Assembly (NCBI GenBank): GCA_964188305.1
Contig: OZ076888.1
DNA from: Podarcis bocagei
Taxonomy: Eukaryota
Strand: one strand, 5' to 3'
Length of the DNA: 64,000 nucleotides
Below, one piece after another: positions 38,216-51,289 of the stretch (its first letter is position 1; every line of letters begins with the position of its first letter). Made by a program: the position numbers and the translations under genes. The notes under the pieces are model-generated. The model saw only the letters and a program-made list of their open reading frames with translations, searched no databases and was not told where the DNA came from.

Positions 38216-38307
38216 CAGGAGTGGAGAACCTTTGGTGCTCCAGAAGTTCCTGAACTACAACTCCCATTAGCCCCAGAAAGGGGGTAGTCCAAAGTTCCCC
38301 ACACCTG
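38216..38307. mobile_element. Miniature MER5-like hAT MITE
   Basis: caggagtggagaacc / agttccccacacctg; TSD gtctatac / gtctacac; contains actacaactccca. Confidence 0.75.
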
Positions 38308-41300
38308 GTCTACACAATTTTGTTTCTCCATATGGGAAAAACATTACAGCAGAACACTGCGGTGCAGACCAATGGTCTTGGAGTTCTGCAGTAATCCTCC
38401 AATGCCTTCTTCTGGATAGCTGTCCTCCAGGACACAATATCCATCATTCCTGTTCTAGCAGTTCAACATTTTATGCCATTAGTAGCAACAGAAGCCACTG
38501 AGAGGTCCAGCACAAGTATCTAGGATGCAGTCCCCATGCCCAGTTCCCAGCCAAGGTCATCCCCCAACACAACCCTAACTGGGGGTCAGTCCCTCACTGG
38601 GTCAGAAACAACATGAATAGAATATTCTAACTAAAGAGTTTGTTTAATAGTCAGAATGACTGCTGGGAGGAGCACAGAAAGAGGAAACTTATTGGTCTCT
38701 ACAGGCACAGCAGGCACTGTAACTCTTCAATGGTTTTGAAATGTAAAATTTGTTGTGAGGCTCCTAGAGTGGCTTGGGCAACCCAGTCAGATGAGTGGCT
38801 TATTTATTTATTTATTTAACCAACATATATAAACACATTAAAAATTAAACATTAAAAAAAATCCCTACAAAGGGCTGCCTTCAGGTGTCTTCTAAAGGTT
38901 GTATAGTTACTTAACTCCTGGGGCTCAGGGGTTGCATAACTCCATACCCATTTCTCTGATGAAAATAGTGACATCCTAAGGAAAAGTGGGACATTCTAGA
39001 ATGAATTCAGAAACTGGGATGACTTCTGTAAATCTGGGACACTTGGAGGCTCTGGGTTTTTGTATGCACACCCAGCGGGGTCCAAATTCTGAGGATCTCT
39101 TGGGTACATTGCCTGAATGATGTTTCCACACAATCATTTTTGTTTTTCCGTTCTCCACAGCTGATTGCCTATTTTCAATCTGCACTACCTTCCCCCCAAC
39201 ACATATACCCTGTGGATGAAAATAGGCAGGATTGCTCCCAATTCCAGATCTGTGTGACTAATTCCAGTGTGTTCCTTTCTTTTAAAGAGGCAAGGCTATG
39301 GATTTGAGGGGAGTGATGATCAGTTCACTATTTCTCCAAACAGGGCAGGCACACTCTGCCATTCCCCTTTCTAGAAGCTGATCCATTCTTCACCTGAAAA
39401 CAAACTGCACGGCTGTAATCATGGCCAGACTGTCACCCAGCCCAGCTATTATAGAAGTGCCCATTCAGCAACACTGACACCAACACCTGCTCTTCCTCCT
39501 CCTCCTCCTTCCTCTGCAACCTCCACTGTCCTCATTTGTGTGGCTTCCTAATCTTAATTACCGCCTGCCTGCTGTTCTTTCTTCCTCAGCTCTCAATTGC
39601 TAATATCCGAGCACAAAATGAACTCCAGGCCCATAAAATACACTTTCAGCAAACACTGGGAAAGCAGAGCACTTAGTGATCAGAGGCAGGCGGCAGCAAG
39701 GTCCTTTGTCATAGGGAAATTTTGCAAAGAAGCAAAAATAAAGATTCTGTGCTTCTCTTTGTAGTTGTTTGTCTGTTTGTTCTCTCTCTCTCTCTCTCTC
39801 CCACCCCAACCTTTATTTTTTGTGCTCCCGCATACCACAGCCGCTCTCCAACCAGTGGCTGCATTGCAAACCAAACAGGAGCTTTCCAGTCTGCCTTATC
39901 TCTGCTTTATTTTTAGGTGAAGTCACGTTGTTGTCTACCGGCTGAAATATCTTGCAGCGCGAAGCGGACGTTTGCTACAGGAGAACCCTGGGCTGCTGTG
40001 CTAGCACACTTGGAGAAGACGTCACCGGGCTGGCACCTAGTGCAAATCTTCAGATCTGGTCCGCTTGACGTAGCCGTGCATCTGTCACTGCTTAGGCAAT
40101 GAGGCGGAAATGCTTTCCTTAGCCCTGGCTCAGATGCCTGTCTCCTGTCTTCTTCATTGAAAAAAAAAAGTCGACTCCAGCCAGCTTATCTGCTCTGCCC
40201 ATTCATGACAATAAAGAACAGCCGCTGCTCTATGCTCATTGGGCAGAAACGGTGTTCCATGGATTGCCTCCGACAATAAAGGTTTAAGTGAAGGCTATTG
40301 CCTTGGATGCCTCTGGTGTACATAACTGGCCCTGTAATCCAGTATTAATTCCTTTGCCCTTGAACCTTTCTGGTGCCAAATACAAGCTGTGGCTTCTACT
40401 GATTCAGCTGAGGTCTTATGCCATCCATGTTCAACCCACACAGCTCAGGAGGGAGGGGAGGGGTGAGGTCAGGGCGGCCTTTACCTAATGGTGAAACTAG
40501 TTTATGTCTGTTCGAAAGGAATAGGTCACTTTTTTGACCTGTTAACGTGAAAGTGGGATTTTTAAAAATGCCATATTGATCCTATATAGGGCACATACAG
40601 CCACCACATTCATTCCACCATCCACAAACCACCCAAAGATTGTCCCTTCCACCTGCTGATGTTAAGCCTCTGTAGGCAACCATACATTTCCTCCACATTC
40701 CCATTTCTGTTCTTCCCCAGGTTAAAATGCAAACCATGATCAATTAAAACTATGCTAGGTGGGGAACATTCTTAAGTTAATCAGAGATTACAGCTGCTAG
40801 AAAGGAAGACCTCCCATCCTGCTGGGTTCCCAGCAGGATATGAACCCAGACCTCATCCACTTCCTGTTCCGTCCCACAAGATAGGATTTGAATGGGGGAC
40901 ACCAATGACATTTGAAAAGGGGAGAAATGATGTGCAGCTCATGCTTCTTACTTTGGGCCACCTGTTTAACCTTTGCAACACAGCAATTCCTGCATTAATA
41001 CACTCGGGAAGACACAGCCCAGTAAAGTGTATGTTACTCCAGTTACAATGGTGAGAAAAGGAGAGTATTTTATAAGGCTAGCTAATAGGAATTACACCTT
41101 GGAAGCATATCTGGGCTGGGGCTCAAAGGCTAAGCATTTGCTTCCACCTTTGCAGTGTGAAAGCCTTGTCACCCGATTTTGGAATCAGGGGCATGGTGCC
41201 ATTTGATACATTGCTATTCAAGATTTACTACGTATACAGTATAGTATTGTATACAAGAATGTATACATTTACTATGTGTACAACAGATGCTAAGGAAGTG

Positions 41301-42417
41301 GAAAAGGACAAAGAAGGCAAAAACGGTCCAGAATTATATGCAGTATTACGATCCACCCATGGAGAGAGTTTCCTCAAAACATTGATAGGGAAGTCCTAGA
41401 CGGGGGACTCTGGGGAATGCCTTACAGTTCTCATATCTATTTCTCCAAGGAATGAACAGCCAAGTGAGCAAGAGGAAAGATGCACTGCTTAAGTTTTTTC
41501 CCTTGATTAACCTGCCCCACCTTTTCTTTCACTTGTTTCGCATACTAATTCACATTGCAGGCAGGCAAGATAGAATGGAAACTGGGAACCAGTCCATTCA
41601 ATAAGTTTACATGATCTTCTAAAAAAATACGCCCAAATGTTTTGCTTTCCAGACATTTCGCAGCAGTAATGGAGGCAGGCATGCTTTCCCTCCTGAGAGG
41701 CAGAGTCCTTCATTAGCCATAAGGCAGTTCCTGGGAGCACCTTCTCCAAGAGACCATCCTGGTCTGGCAGCAGGAGGACAACAATAATGTTTCCTGGCTG
41801 TGCCATTGTTCTTGGACTCCCTGCTGCTCCTCTACCCCCCCCCCTCCAAGCCCCGAACAGCATAAGGGTCCAGTCAACGAGCAGGGCAGCTCCTTGAGAA
41901 TGAAAAAATGTGAGCACTGGGAAACAAAACACAACAAATGTCCCATGACTGAAACATTTGGTAGGCATCACCCATACAGCTAATTAGTGAGGTACTGTAT
42001 TTCCATACTGTACTTAATTTTTAAGGATGCATAGGGAGAGTTCTCAATGAAGTGTAGCACCTGGCTTGGACTGCACCACTTCAGCTGGCAGGTGAGCTCT
42101 CAGAGGATGGCATTAATGTGGGCAAAAATCTTTGCAGATAGAAATCTAACATATCAGGGAGAAAACTAGGGTGCCACACATTTCCTTGGCATCTAGTTTT
42201 CTGTCTGCAAGGATTTTCCCTATTTTGTACGGAGGATCATCCAAATGACACATGTGATCCTTTAGGAACAATTTTTAAAACATGGTTTAATGACAGAGAC
42301 TGCAGTTTGAAACAGAAGGCAGGCATGGAAGGAGCCAGACCTTCCCTCAAGGCATTTTTCAATAAACAAACCCTCCCCAGTTGCTTTTAGCCTTGCTGGG
42401 GAATTGATACATATACC

Positions 42418-42590
42418 CAGTGTTTTTTTCTTTAAAAATGTTTAGCGGTACTCTCATTTTGACTCAAGAAAATCACCGTTTTATAGTTCAAATCAGGAAA
42501 AATAAATACAGTAAATGGACAAAAGTCAAAGATTCACAAAATGTTTAAGGGTATGCGTACCCCTGTGTACTCCGAGGAAAAAAAGAACTG
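42418..42590. mobile_element. hAT-type MITE, family B
   Basis: Shares aaatgtttag.ggtactctcattt and gggtatgcgtacccc with 9148-9285. Confidence 0.8.
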
Positions 42591-43609
42591 AATATATTTA
42601 CATCTTCCGTGTCACCACAATCTGGATATATATATTTTTTGGGGGGAAGCAATTTTCAGTAGTGAAATGCCACAAGAGAAAACTGTTAAGAGGTCTGTCT
42701 CCACCAACCCTTAATGGTTTTCTACTCTAAATTTCAGCCTCCCCAGAAAGTACCACAGAACTATTCATAAAGTGCCCTTCCTGAGAAAGGAAGGAAGAGA
42801 CTGATAAGAAGGAAGTTTTTGAAAGGAGGCAGGCACGAGAAGGTGGCTGCAGGGTGTTGTAGGTGGAGTGATAAAATTAAAATAAAAAATAAAGTGTCCT
42901 TCCATCCTTTAGAACTAGGCCAAAGTTTCCAAAAGAGTGTGTGTTGATAGAGGAAGATCTTTTGCACTTAGGGCTTTGAGGAGACTGCTGCGTTAATGCC
43001 TCTGACGCACATAAAACCATTTTACTTCCTGAACCATTTTACTGTGCAATTGCTTTTAACGAACTGCGAAAATTGCAGCATTAGTATCTTTTCCTAAGAA
43101 AGTCCCCTGCACCTTGTTTCTCCGCCTTTTAATGTCAGATAAAATATACTGAAACTAGCAAATAAAATCAGACCATTTGTATGACTTGGTTAGGTGCTAG
43201 GAATTAGCCGGCAGACTTTAATCCAGTGGCTCCTAGTTAACACTGCCTTTGCCTGGTAAGCTGATTATGATAAATAGGCATGCCATGTCTTAGAAGGCGG
43301 CTGGAATCAGATCAGCCAAATGCAGGTGGCCAGTCAAACATTTAAACACACACACACTTACTTAGGAGGAGGACTCTGCCTTAGCTTTGCTGACGGATCT
43401 CAGCAGGATTTCGCAAGAGTAATTCATGAACTGATGCCACTGACCATCCGAGTTTGAATGTCCCTAGTGAAGATGCTATGCAATTGTTTGGGTTCAAGTG
43501 AGCACTTGCTTGGTTGCTGCTGCTGCTGTTATTATTATTATCACCAACAGCTGAAGCAAAATGCTACCCCTTGAGATGAAACACACTTCTTCATGCACAT
43601 AGCTGAACT

Positions 43610-43886
43610 ATAGACTTTGCTCCCACACGAGGCCACCAACTTGCATGGCTTCAAAAGAAGATTAGACAAATTCATGGAAGGCAAGGATTTCAATTAGCCA
43701 CAATACCTATGCTCTGCAGTCAGAGGCAATCATGCTTCTGAATACCAATTGCTGAAAACTGCCGGAGAGGAAAGTACTCTTGTGCCCAAGCCCTGCTGAG
43801 GCATCTGGTTGGCCACTGTGACAACAGGATGCTGGACTAGATGGGCCATTGGCCTGATCCAGCAGAGCTCTTCTTATGTTCTTATA
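43610..43886 (+). mobile_element. CR1-type LINE 3' end
   Basis: ggcttcaaaagaagattagacaaattcatgga...ggatgctggactagatgggccattggcctgatccagcagagctcttcttatgttcttat. Confidence 0.72.
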
Positions 43887-44164
43887 TCAGCCATTAATTC
43901 ACTGGCCAAGGAGCCTCAGGCTATGACCAAATAATTCTGAGGGTCCTAAACGGAAGAGAAGAATTAGCAGATGGACAGACTGGGATGAAGGGAGCATCAG
44001 AAGAGCACTGCTAAATCAGACCAAAGACCTATCCACTCCCTCCAATAATCTTTGCCACAGCCTCTGATCAGATGCCTATGGAAAGCCAACAAGCAGAACA
44101 TGAGGATAAAAGCCCAGTGGTGCCACTGAGGCTTGACTTTAAGGCAGAGGTGGGGAACTCCTTC

Positions 44165-44335
44165 CAACCCACAGTTTAACAATGCATTCTGGGAAGAAGA
44201 AATGTCTCTTGCCTGTCTTGAATTTTCCACCATTGAGCTTCACTGTATCATCCTGAGTTTTGGTATTATACCGAGAGGGGAGGGACTTTCTCCACAGCAT
44301 GCATGGGCCTGAAATGCAGCTGTACACTGTATTTA
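44165..44335 (-). mobile_element. CR1 ORF2 relic
   Basis: Translates VKLNGGKFKTGKRHFFFPECIVKLW, the CR1 C-terminal motif. Confidence 0.7.
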
Positions 44336-46139
44336 AAATCTGTAACATTTCTACTTCTCTAAGAAGCACAGAACAGGGCACATGGGACTGCCAGACCCAG
44401 TCTCTCATCTAAGCAGTCTCCAAGCGTAGATATTCTTAGCTCCCAAAATAGAACAGCATCCCACACAATCTGACCATTTCCCATTTATTCATTACTTCCC
44501 AATTAGCTGAGTGTTCCTCCACCCCTGTCTACTTTACTAGACTAATCTAATCACTACACAAAGAAAGTAAGTGAAGCCAAGATCATCCTAGATGTAGTGG
44601 GAAATCAGGTACCAGTTCACTAACTAGAGCTGGGCATTCAAGATTGATAATAAAGCTTTGATCTAATATTCTCTTGCCCTCTTTCCAGTATGCAATCTCA
44701 GTGAGATGTGTTATCCGCATTTCCTGTCTGGTCCTTCAGATGTGGTTGATATGTGAGATAAGCACATCCCTCAGAGAGTTCATCTCCAAAGCAAAGGCTT
44801 TCAAGGTGTCACATAACCAAGCCATAACCAGATAAGTCATGTAGGAGGGAGTTACCGGTAAGCCTGGCTTTGCTGGTTAGTTTATGTCCTTTAGCTGCTC
44901 CTCTTTGACTGGGAAGCTCTCCCTTCTCTCTCTCTGCTATGCTGATTCAAAACAGGCCTGACACATAGGCGCAATCTGCATTAGAACTAGCCAAGGCTAA
45001 ACTTAAATGAGTAGCGATACAACTCAGCTTGTTGCTAAAAAAGCGATGCAGTTTTCCGCAGAAGCCTCAAGTCACAACATGGAATTTTGTCTTTGGCAAA
45101 GCTTACGTGGTTACTGGAATGTCATTGCATGCAATCTGCATTTATTAGGTCTTAATTAATTTACTGGAATTTCTGCAAGCCATTGTAAGCTTTGCACATC
45201 ACAAACAAGAGAGGAGAGGAAGCACTTACGATGGTGTTTCCTGCAAAACGTCCTTGGGAGAAGATGTATGTCAAGACTCACCTTAGACATTATACACAGG
45301 AAGTGCCAAGAGAGAAAGCCATGCCCTCTCTTCCTACTTCAGTGTGACTCACTAAGCCACTCTCAACAAACACTGTCACCCTAATCCAGCAAAGGAGATT
45401 CGTGTGCAGAAGTAGGCTTATGTGTGTGCAGCTGATGTGGATGCACATCCACCTCCTTGCAACCTCAGAACCCACCTTTATCCTCAATAGTACTGATGCA
45501 AAGGCAGATTGATGCATCATCCTCTACACCCCTTCCTTACCATTGCTCACCCTTTCCCACTGCCCACTGAAGCTAATGGGACTTTTCATTTTCAAAAAAT
45601 AAAATAAAATGAACTGCTGAGTATGTCCTTGGAACATCCAACCTAGATTGCTGTAACATGCTGAACATGGGGCTGCTGTCTCTGAAGAGTGTTTGGAGAC
45701 TGGGAAATGGTCCAAAAATGCAGCTGTGAGAGTCTCAACTAGGATTCATCAGATGGAGCTCAAGCAAGTGCTGCAATATTACAACTTCGTTGGCTTCCAT
45801 TCTGTTTCCAGCTCCACACATTCAAACAGCTGGTGCTTGAGATACTGGAAGATACCTTAAGGCCCTTCTCCTCCAATACAAAACTAGCCCTTCTCTCACA
45901 TCTTTCTTCTTCTGAGGCTCTGCTTTGTGTCATCATCAGAAGTAAAAGCAGATAGCTGTGTGGGACATGGCCTTTTCAGTAATTGCGTCCCAGCTTGGGA
46001 ACTCCATTCCCTGAGAAGGTCATTTGGCTCTATCACTCCTGCTTTTTGCTGTATTGTGAAGACTCTGCTGTCGCAGGCAGCTTTTGACAGCTTGTTAAAC
46101 TGAGTTTGCACTGATGCCAATTCTTTTGTCCTAGGAGGA

Positions 46140-46430
46140 AAGGTTACTGTGTTTGGGGCTTTTTAGTTTGGGGGGGGGAGTGAGTAATGGAGGACAGGAT
46201 AGAAGTGTATATGGTTATACACAGTGTCAAGAGAGATAAGCCTTTTCTCCTCCTCTCATTACTAGTACCTGGAATTATCCAGTAAAGCTGAATGGTGGAA
46301 GATTGAGAACAGACAAAAGGAACAACTTCATACTGCAAGTAGTTAGAAATTTGCTATCACACAGTGATGGTTGGTAACTAGGATGGCATTAAAAGAGGAT
46401 TAGAGATATTCGTGGATAGTATGGCTACTA
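46140..46430 (+). mobile_element. CR1 ORF2 relic
   Basis: ggggctttttagtttgg...aagctgaatggtggaagattgagaacagacaaaagg...ttaaaagaggattaga. Confidence 0.65.
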
Positions 46431-46679
46431 CTCACAGAGGCTGTGGATGGTATTCTGCTGTGTTTTATGTAGAGCAGACCTGTTAGAATTAAGGAACGTG
46501 ACTCAGGGGGCAATACTATAGTAAGATGAGCAACTTAGGATGCAGCAGATCTCTGGCTCTTCTACTTCATTCCTGGCTCAGCTGGCATGAAGTCCCCAAC
46601 CCCAGCTCAGCCAAACATGCTCCAGCATAACTTGCTCAGCCAGGACTCAGCTGACTGAGCTGCAGCTGCTAAAACTTTA

Positions 46680-46958
46680 GAAGAAGTAGAAGAGGAGGAG
46701 GAGGAGGAGGAGGAGGAGGAGGAGGAGGAAGAGTTTGGACTTGATATCTCACCTTTCACTCCCCTTAAGGAGTCTCAAAGTGGCTTACAATCTCCTTTCC
46801 CTTCCTCCCCCACAACAAACACTCTGTGAGGTGTGTGAGGCTCAGAGACTTCAGAGAAGTGTGACTGGCCCAAGGTCACCCAGCAGCTGCATGTGGAGGA
46901 GCAGAGACGCAAACCCAGTTCCCCAGATTACAAGTCCACCACTCTTAACCACTACATC
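46680..46958 (-). mobile_element. CORE/MIR-like squamate SINE with (CTC/CTT)n tail
   Basis: Core gtgactggcccaaggtcacccag; head ctcttaaccactaca; (GAG)n/(GAA)n run at 46680-46731 as the tail. Confidence 0.75.
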
Positions 46959-47879
46959 AACATGCAGTGCAACATTCTGCACTAGCTATATTTTCTGGGC
47001 CATCTTCAAGGGACACTCCATGTAGAGTGAATTACAGTAGCTGATATAGAAAAATAAGGCTGGTTGGCTTTTGCTGCCCCACTCCCCAAGGGACTGAGTC
47101 CCCTAGGCCCATGATCAGTCAGAGATGGATGGATGCAGGATACAGTGAAAGCAAGGCAGATATTTATTTTTCTGTTGCAAGAGAGTTCCCTCCCCTCCTA
47201 GCAAGAAGGCAAGAGGACCAAGAAGAAACATCTCTTAAGGATTTGCATTTGGCATGGCAAAGGAGGGCATCCACTCTACAGTCAGAAATTACATCACACA
47301 TAAGGTAGGGTTACTGTGGCTCAGGCAGGTCAAGGTGTGATATTCCTGAGGATTTAGCAAGTTTTACATAGTTCCAGACACAGTTTACAGAAAACACTAG
47401 CATTTGATAAGACAATCAGGGTGCCCGTCAAACATCCCTCAACACAAACATCCCTCCATTTGGGCAAACAATGACAATACAAAGGAGGTTCATAGTTATA
47501 GGAGAGGAATCCCTTCAGGAACCTCCCCTGATTGCCATCTGCCTAGTGTTCTTAGGCAAAGGGGAATAGGGAGGCAGAGAAAATATTTAGAGTCTTTAGG
47601 AGAGCCAAGATGGCTTTTGGATTACTCTCCTGTACATTTTAGCCATGTAGTTGATATACATGTGTGTGTTTACCTTGTGCAATTATCAACATTTATTCTA
47701 TATTTGAGACTTTCGAATTCTTATAACAGCAGCCAAGACAGGAGGTCATTAGAACATCTAGAACTGTAGCAAGGCTCCCTCAGTCTAGGAATAACTGTAG
47801 CTGGCAAACCAGCTTTATCTGGAAATAGATACTCCTTGCCACCTGGGCTTCCACTGACAACAATGGTTCTAGGAGCATA

Positions 47880-48126
47880 CAGTGGTACCTCAGGTTAAGT
47901 ACCGTACTTAATTCGTTCCGGAGGTCTGTACTTAACCTGAAACTGTTCTTAACCTGAAGCACCACTTTAGCTAATGGGGCCTCCCGCTGCCGCCGCGCTG
48001 CCGGAGCACGATTTCTGTTCTCAACCTGAAGCAAAGTTCTTAACCTGAAGCATTATTTCTGGGTTAGCGGAGTCTGTAACCTGAAGTGTATGTAACCTGA
48101 AGCGTATATAACCCGAGGTACCACTG
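47880..48126. mobile_element. Tc1/mariner-pogo MITE, family A copy 3
   Basis: cagtggtacctcaggtta / taacccgaggtaccactg; TA TSD. Confidence 0.92.
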
Positions 48127-51100
48127 TACCTAGAACACTACATACCTGCTCCTTTAGTGGGAATGCAACTTCAACCAGAACATAACAGATATCCTATTCC
48201 TGGACAGAAGAACCTACCACCAAGAGTTTGTCCATCTTGTCAAGATTCAGCTTCAAGTTACTGGCCTTTCATCCAGCCCCTTGCTGCTTCCATGCACCAG
48301 TTCAAGATGCAAACACAGCTACATGTGGTCCAGATGGAATGGAGATATAGAGCTGTGAGCTGTTTGCATACTGATAACACCAAGCCCAAACTCCCTGCAC
48401 CTCGAGGCTTCAAACAGATATTCAATAGCTTTGCCAAGGAGTGGGATGAGGAAAGGAACACTGTCAGGCCACGTAGCACAATTGCCCTGGAGCTGATAGC
48501 TCTGAAATGAATGAATTAAATAAAACAGTTACCCCCACAGCAAGCAGATAACTATTGCAGAATAATTAACCAAAATGAAAACACTTGGCAGTTGCTCAAC
48601 CCCCACCCCGCACCCTGAAATGTCTTCTTTTGATTTCACTCTTTAACAATTCTAAAACCTTTGAGACTAATCATGAGAAGATGGTGCTTCTGTTGGAGTC
48701 ACTGGAAGGAGCAAAGCTGGGAAGAAGGGAAGACAAGATGAAGACAAGATTAATCTATATGAAAGAAGCAGCTCAAAGGTAAAGTTTCCTGTTGACCACA
48801 GGAAAATCCGATCAAGCTGTTTCCTTCCTCTGTGCCTTTGATGTAGAGTGGCAAATATTTGAAGCATCTGTTTGTTCCCCTGGCAGCTTGGAGTATCCCT
48901 GAGCCAAGTAGGTAAACACACTGCAGAGAGCTTCCTCCTACACCTCTGATGTCACCCAGATTATACTGAGCACCTAAGACCATCACGTGTGCTTCTGACT
49001 AAGCCCTGTTTGCTTACTGTAACATTTTGCGGAGGGTGGCGGGGGGGGGGGGCAAGAAGCAAATCCCGGCAAAGCAAACAGCCTGGCAAGCCAAGCTGGT
49101 TCAAAGAAGGTTACATCCAGAGTCTTGCCATCTCAACAGTGGGGAATGAAATAAAAAGAACTGTGCTATGGCAGCATACAACATATGTGCGCTTGTGGAA
49201 CAGATAAACCCTGCATGCTCTGCTCACACGCAAGGTGTTCCAGCGACTTCGGGATAACCAACTTGAGGATTAAAGAAAGCACACTTTGATCCCCTTCTGT
49301 CATCTATGACATTTGCCCAAGGAAAGCGATTGGGATGGAGCAACCTTGCCAGTGCTTTTTTAAACAATTAAAAAGAAAAAAAAAATCCCGTTGTGCTTCT
49401 TTTGCTGTTCTACTTGGCAAGCTAGACTAAGAAAAGCTTCACCTAGTTCACATAGCTGCAACATGCAGATTTGAGGTTCAAGATACCGAAATAGAATCCC
49501 AGACTCTTGTTTCAACAAGGGAAATAGAGTTTCCCAGCTTAGTTGCCATGGCTGCGATTCTCACCTCTTCCCTAGATTTGAACCTCAGACAGCTTGAAAC
49601 AAAATATAATGTTCTGAGCCTACTAGCACGTACATAAAAATTTGCAAAAGACAAGTAGCTGGTGACAATAAATTCTGGGGATGGAGGATGTGTGGGGATC
49701 TGGCACCCCTATTATCCTCCTTGGTGCCCTAGAGCTGCCTGACAAGGTGTGAATGCATGCCTGTGTGATATTATTATTATTAGATAACTTTTATATTAAA
49801 ACCATAATCCTAGGCTTTGCACACCTGTGGTAGCTGGATGAATATTCAGCCTCTAAATCCAACGAGCGGTTCCGGCAGACAAATAAGCTAATTTAAATTG
49901 CAAAAGTGAAAAGATGCTTAGCCCACTCAGGTGAGGCACAGGTCCCAGGGTCAGTACTGCAGACGACAAACGAAAAATTGCTGGACTTAATTTTTTTGTT
50001 AATGAATAAATGTTACACTTCCTCAGTATTAACTAAGCTTTAACACTTTCTCTATTAATTGCTTGCTTTCTGATTTGTCTGACTTGCAAGGGGGCAAACC
50101 TGTACTATTAAAAGCAGGCCAGACTGCTGCTGAAGTTAAATCGAGTTAGAAATATGCTGTAGTGTGGGTGATGCATGCTAGCACAGGTGGGAAGGAGCAA
50201 AGGGGAACGCTAGATTTCATTTATGGTGCTTTGTCAGTGCCTGTGCAGCCCCTTAGGCAGCTGCAAGAGGCCTTAACACCTGGGTCTGGGAGCTGCCTGC
50301 TGTTTTAATTGCTCACAGTACCCCTGAGCAATGCTCACAGGTCATGGTGCAGATTGCAATTCTGCTGCTGCTTCCAGCACGTATGCGCATCAGAAAAGCC
50401 GGAGCAACCCACCACAGGGCACTTCCTCAGCAGTGGGAGGGAGCTGCCCCTGTGCTTCATATTGTTGCACAGTTATTAAAAACTACAGAAGAAGCACCAT
50501 CTCCATCTGGAAAATAGCATCCTGCTAATATCAGCATGGTTTTTAAAGCCCATGTGTGCTGAATTTGCTTCATTCTGCCCCCCCTCCCAGACCACAGCTA
50601 CACATGTGCAAGCTTCCTTAACACATGAACGCCACCAAAGGGCAGACGTACCCATAGCCACACACATTTCCCCAAAGTTTCCCCTCCACAAATGTATAGC
50701 TTCTCCTATATTTCCAGCTTAAAATAGGAATTGTATCTAGCGGTGGTTGTCAACAGGTGAGAGAGAAGTCTTGATCTGAACTCTTCAGTGTTTAAGGGAC
50801 TGAGGAATTCCCCCACTGGTGCCAATAGCAAACAGCAGTTTCAGAGGAGCAATAATCATTCGGACCACAGCAGGGAAAGAAAGGGTTATACTCTCCCCAC
50901 CTGCTGCACAGCAGCTGCTACTGTATTTAAATGCAAACATGCAAAGATCAGTTTAGTTTTTTGCCCAAATACAGAATTGTCTTCCTTGTATGTCACACTG
51001 CCCTGACACAGAAGCATTTCATTTTTTTTTTTATAAAATTTTTATTGGTTTTACGAAATTTTTAAAGAACAAACAAACACTTAAGAAAACAAACATACAC

Positions 51101-51289
51101 GTATAATTTCATAACATATTTTCATAAACCTCTTTTCTAAGACTTCCCCATACCCCCCCTTTCTGCATCCCAATGTCCATAATTTTATAGCAACTCCCAA
51201 TTGTTACTTTCCAACCTTAATCATCTTAGTCATCTCTATATTCTAACCTTATGTCACTGTATCCCTTTGTTCCTAAGAACCAAAACACT

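Noticed and set aside
41507-41971. 154-aa ORF
   Set aside because: No homology recognised and no splice or Kozak support.
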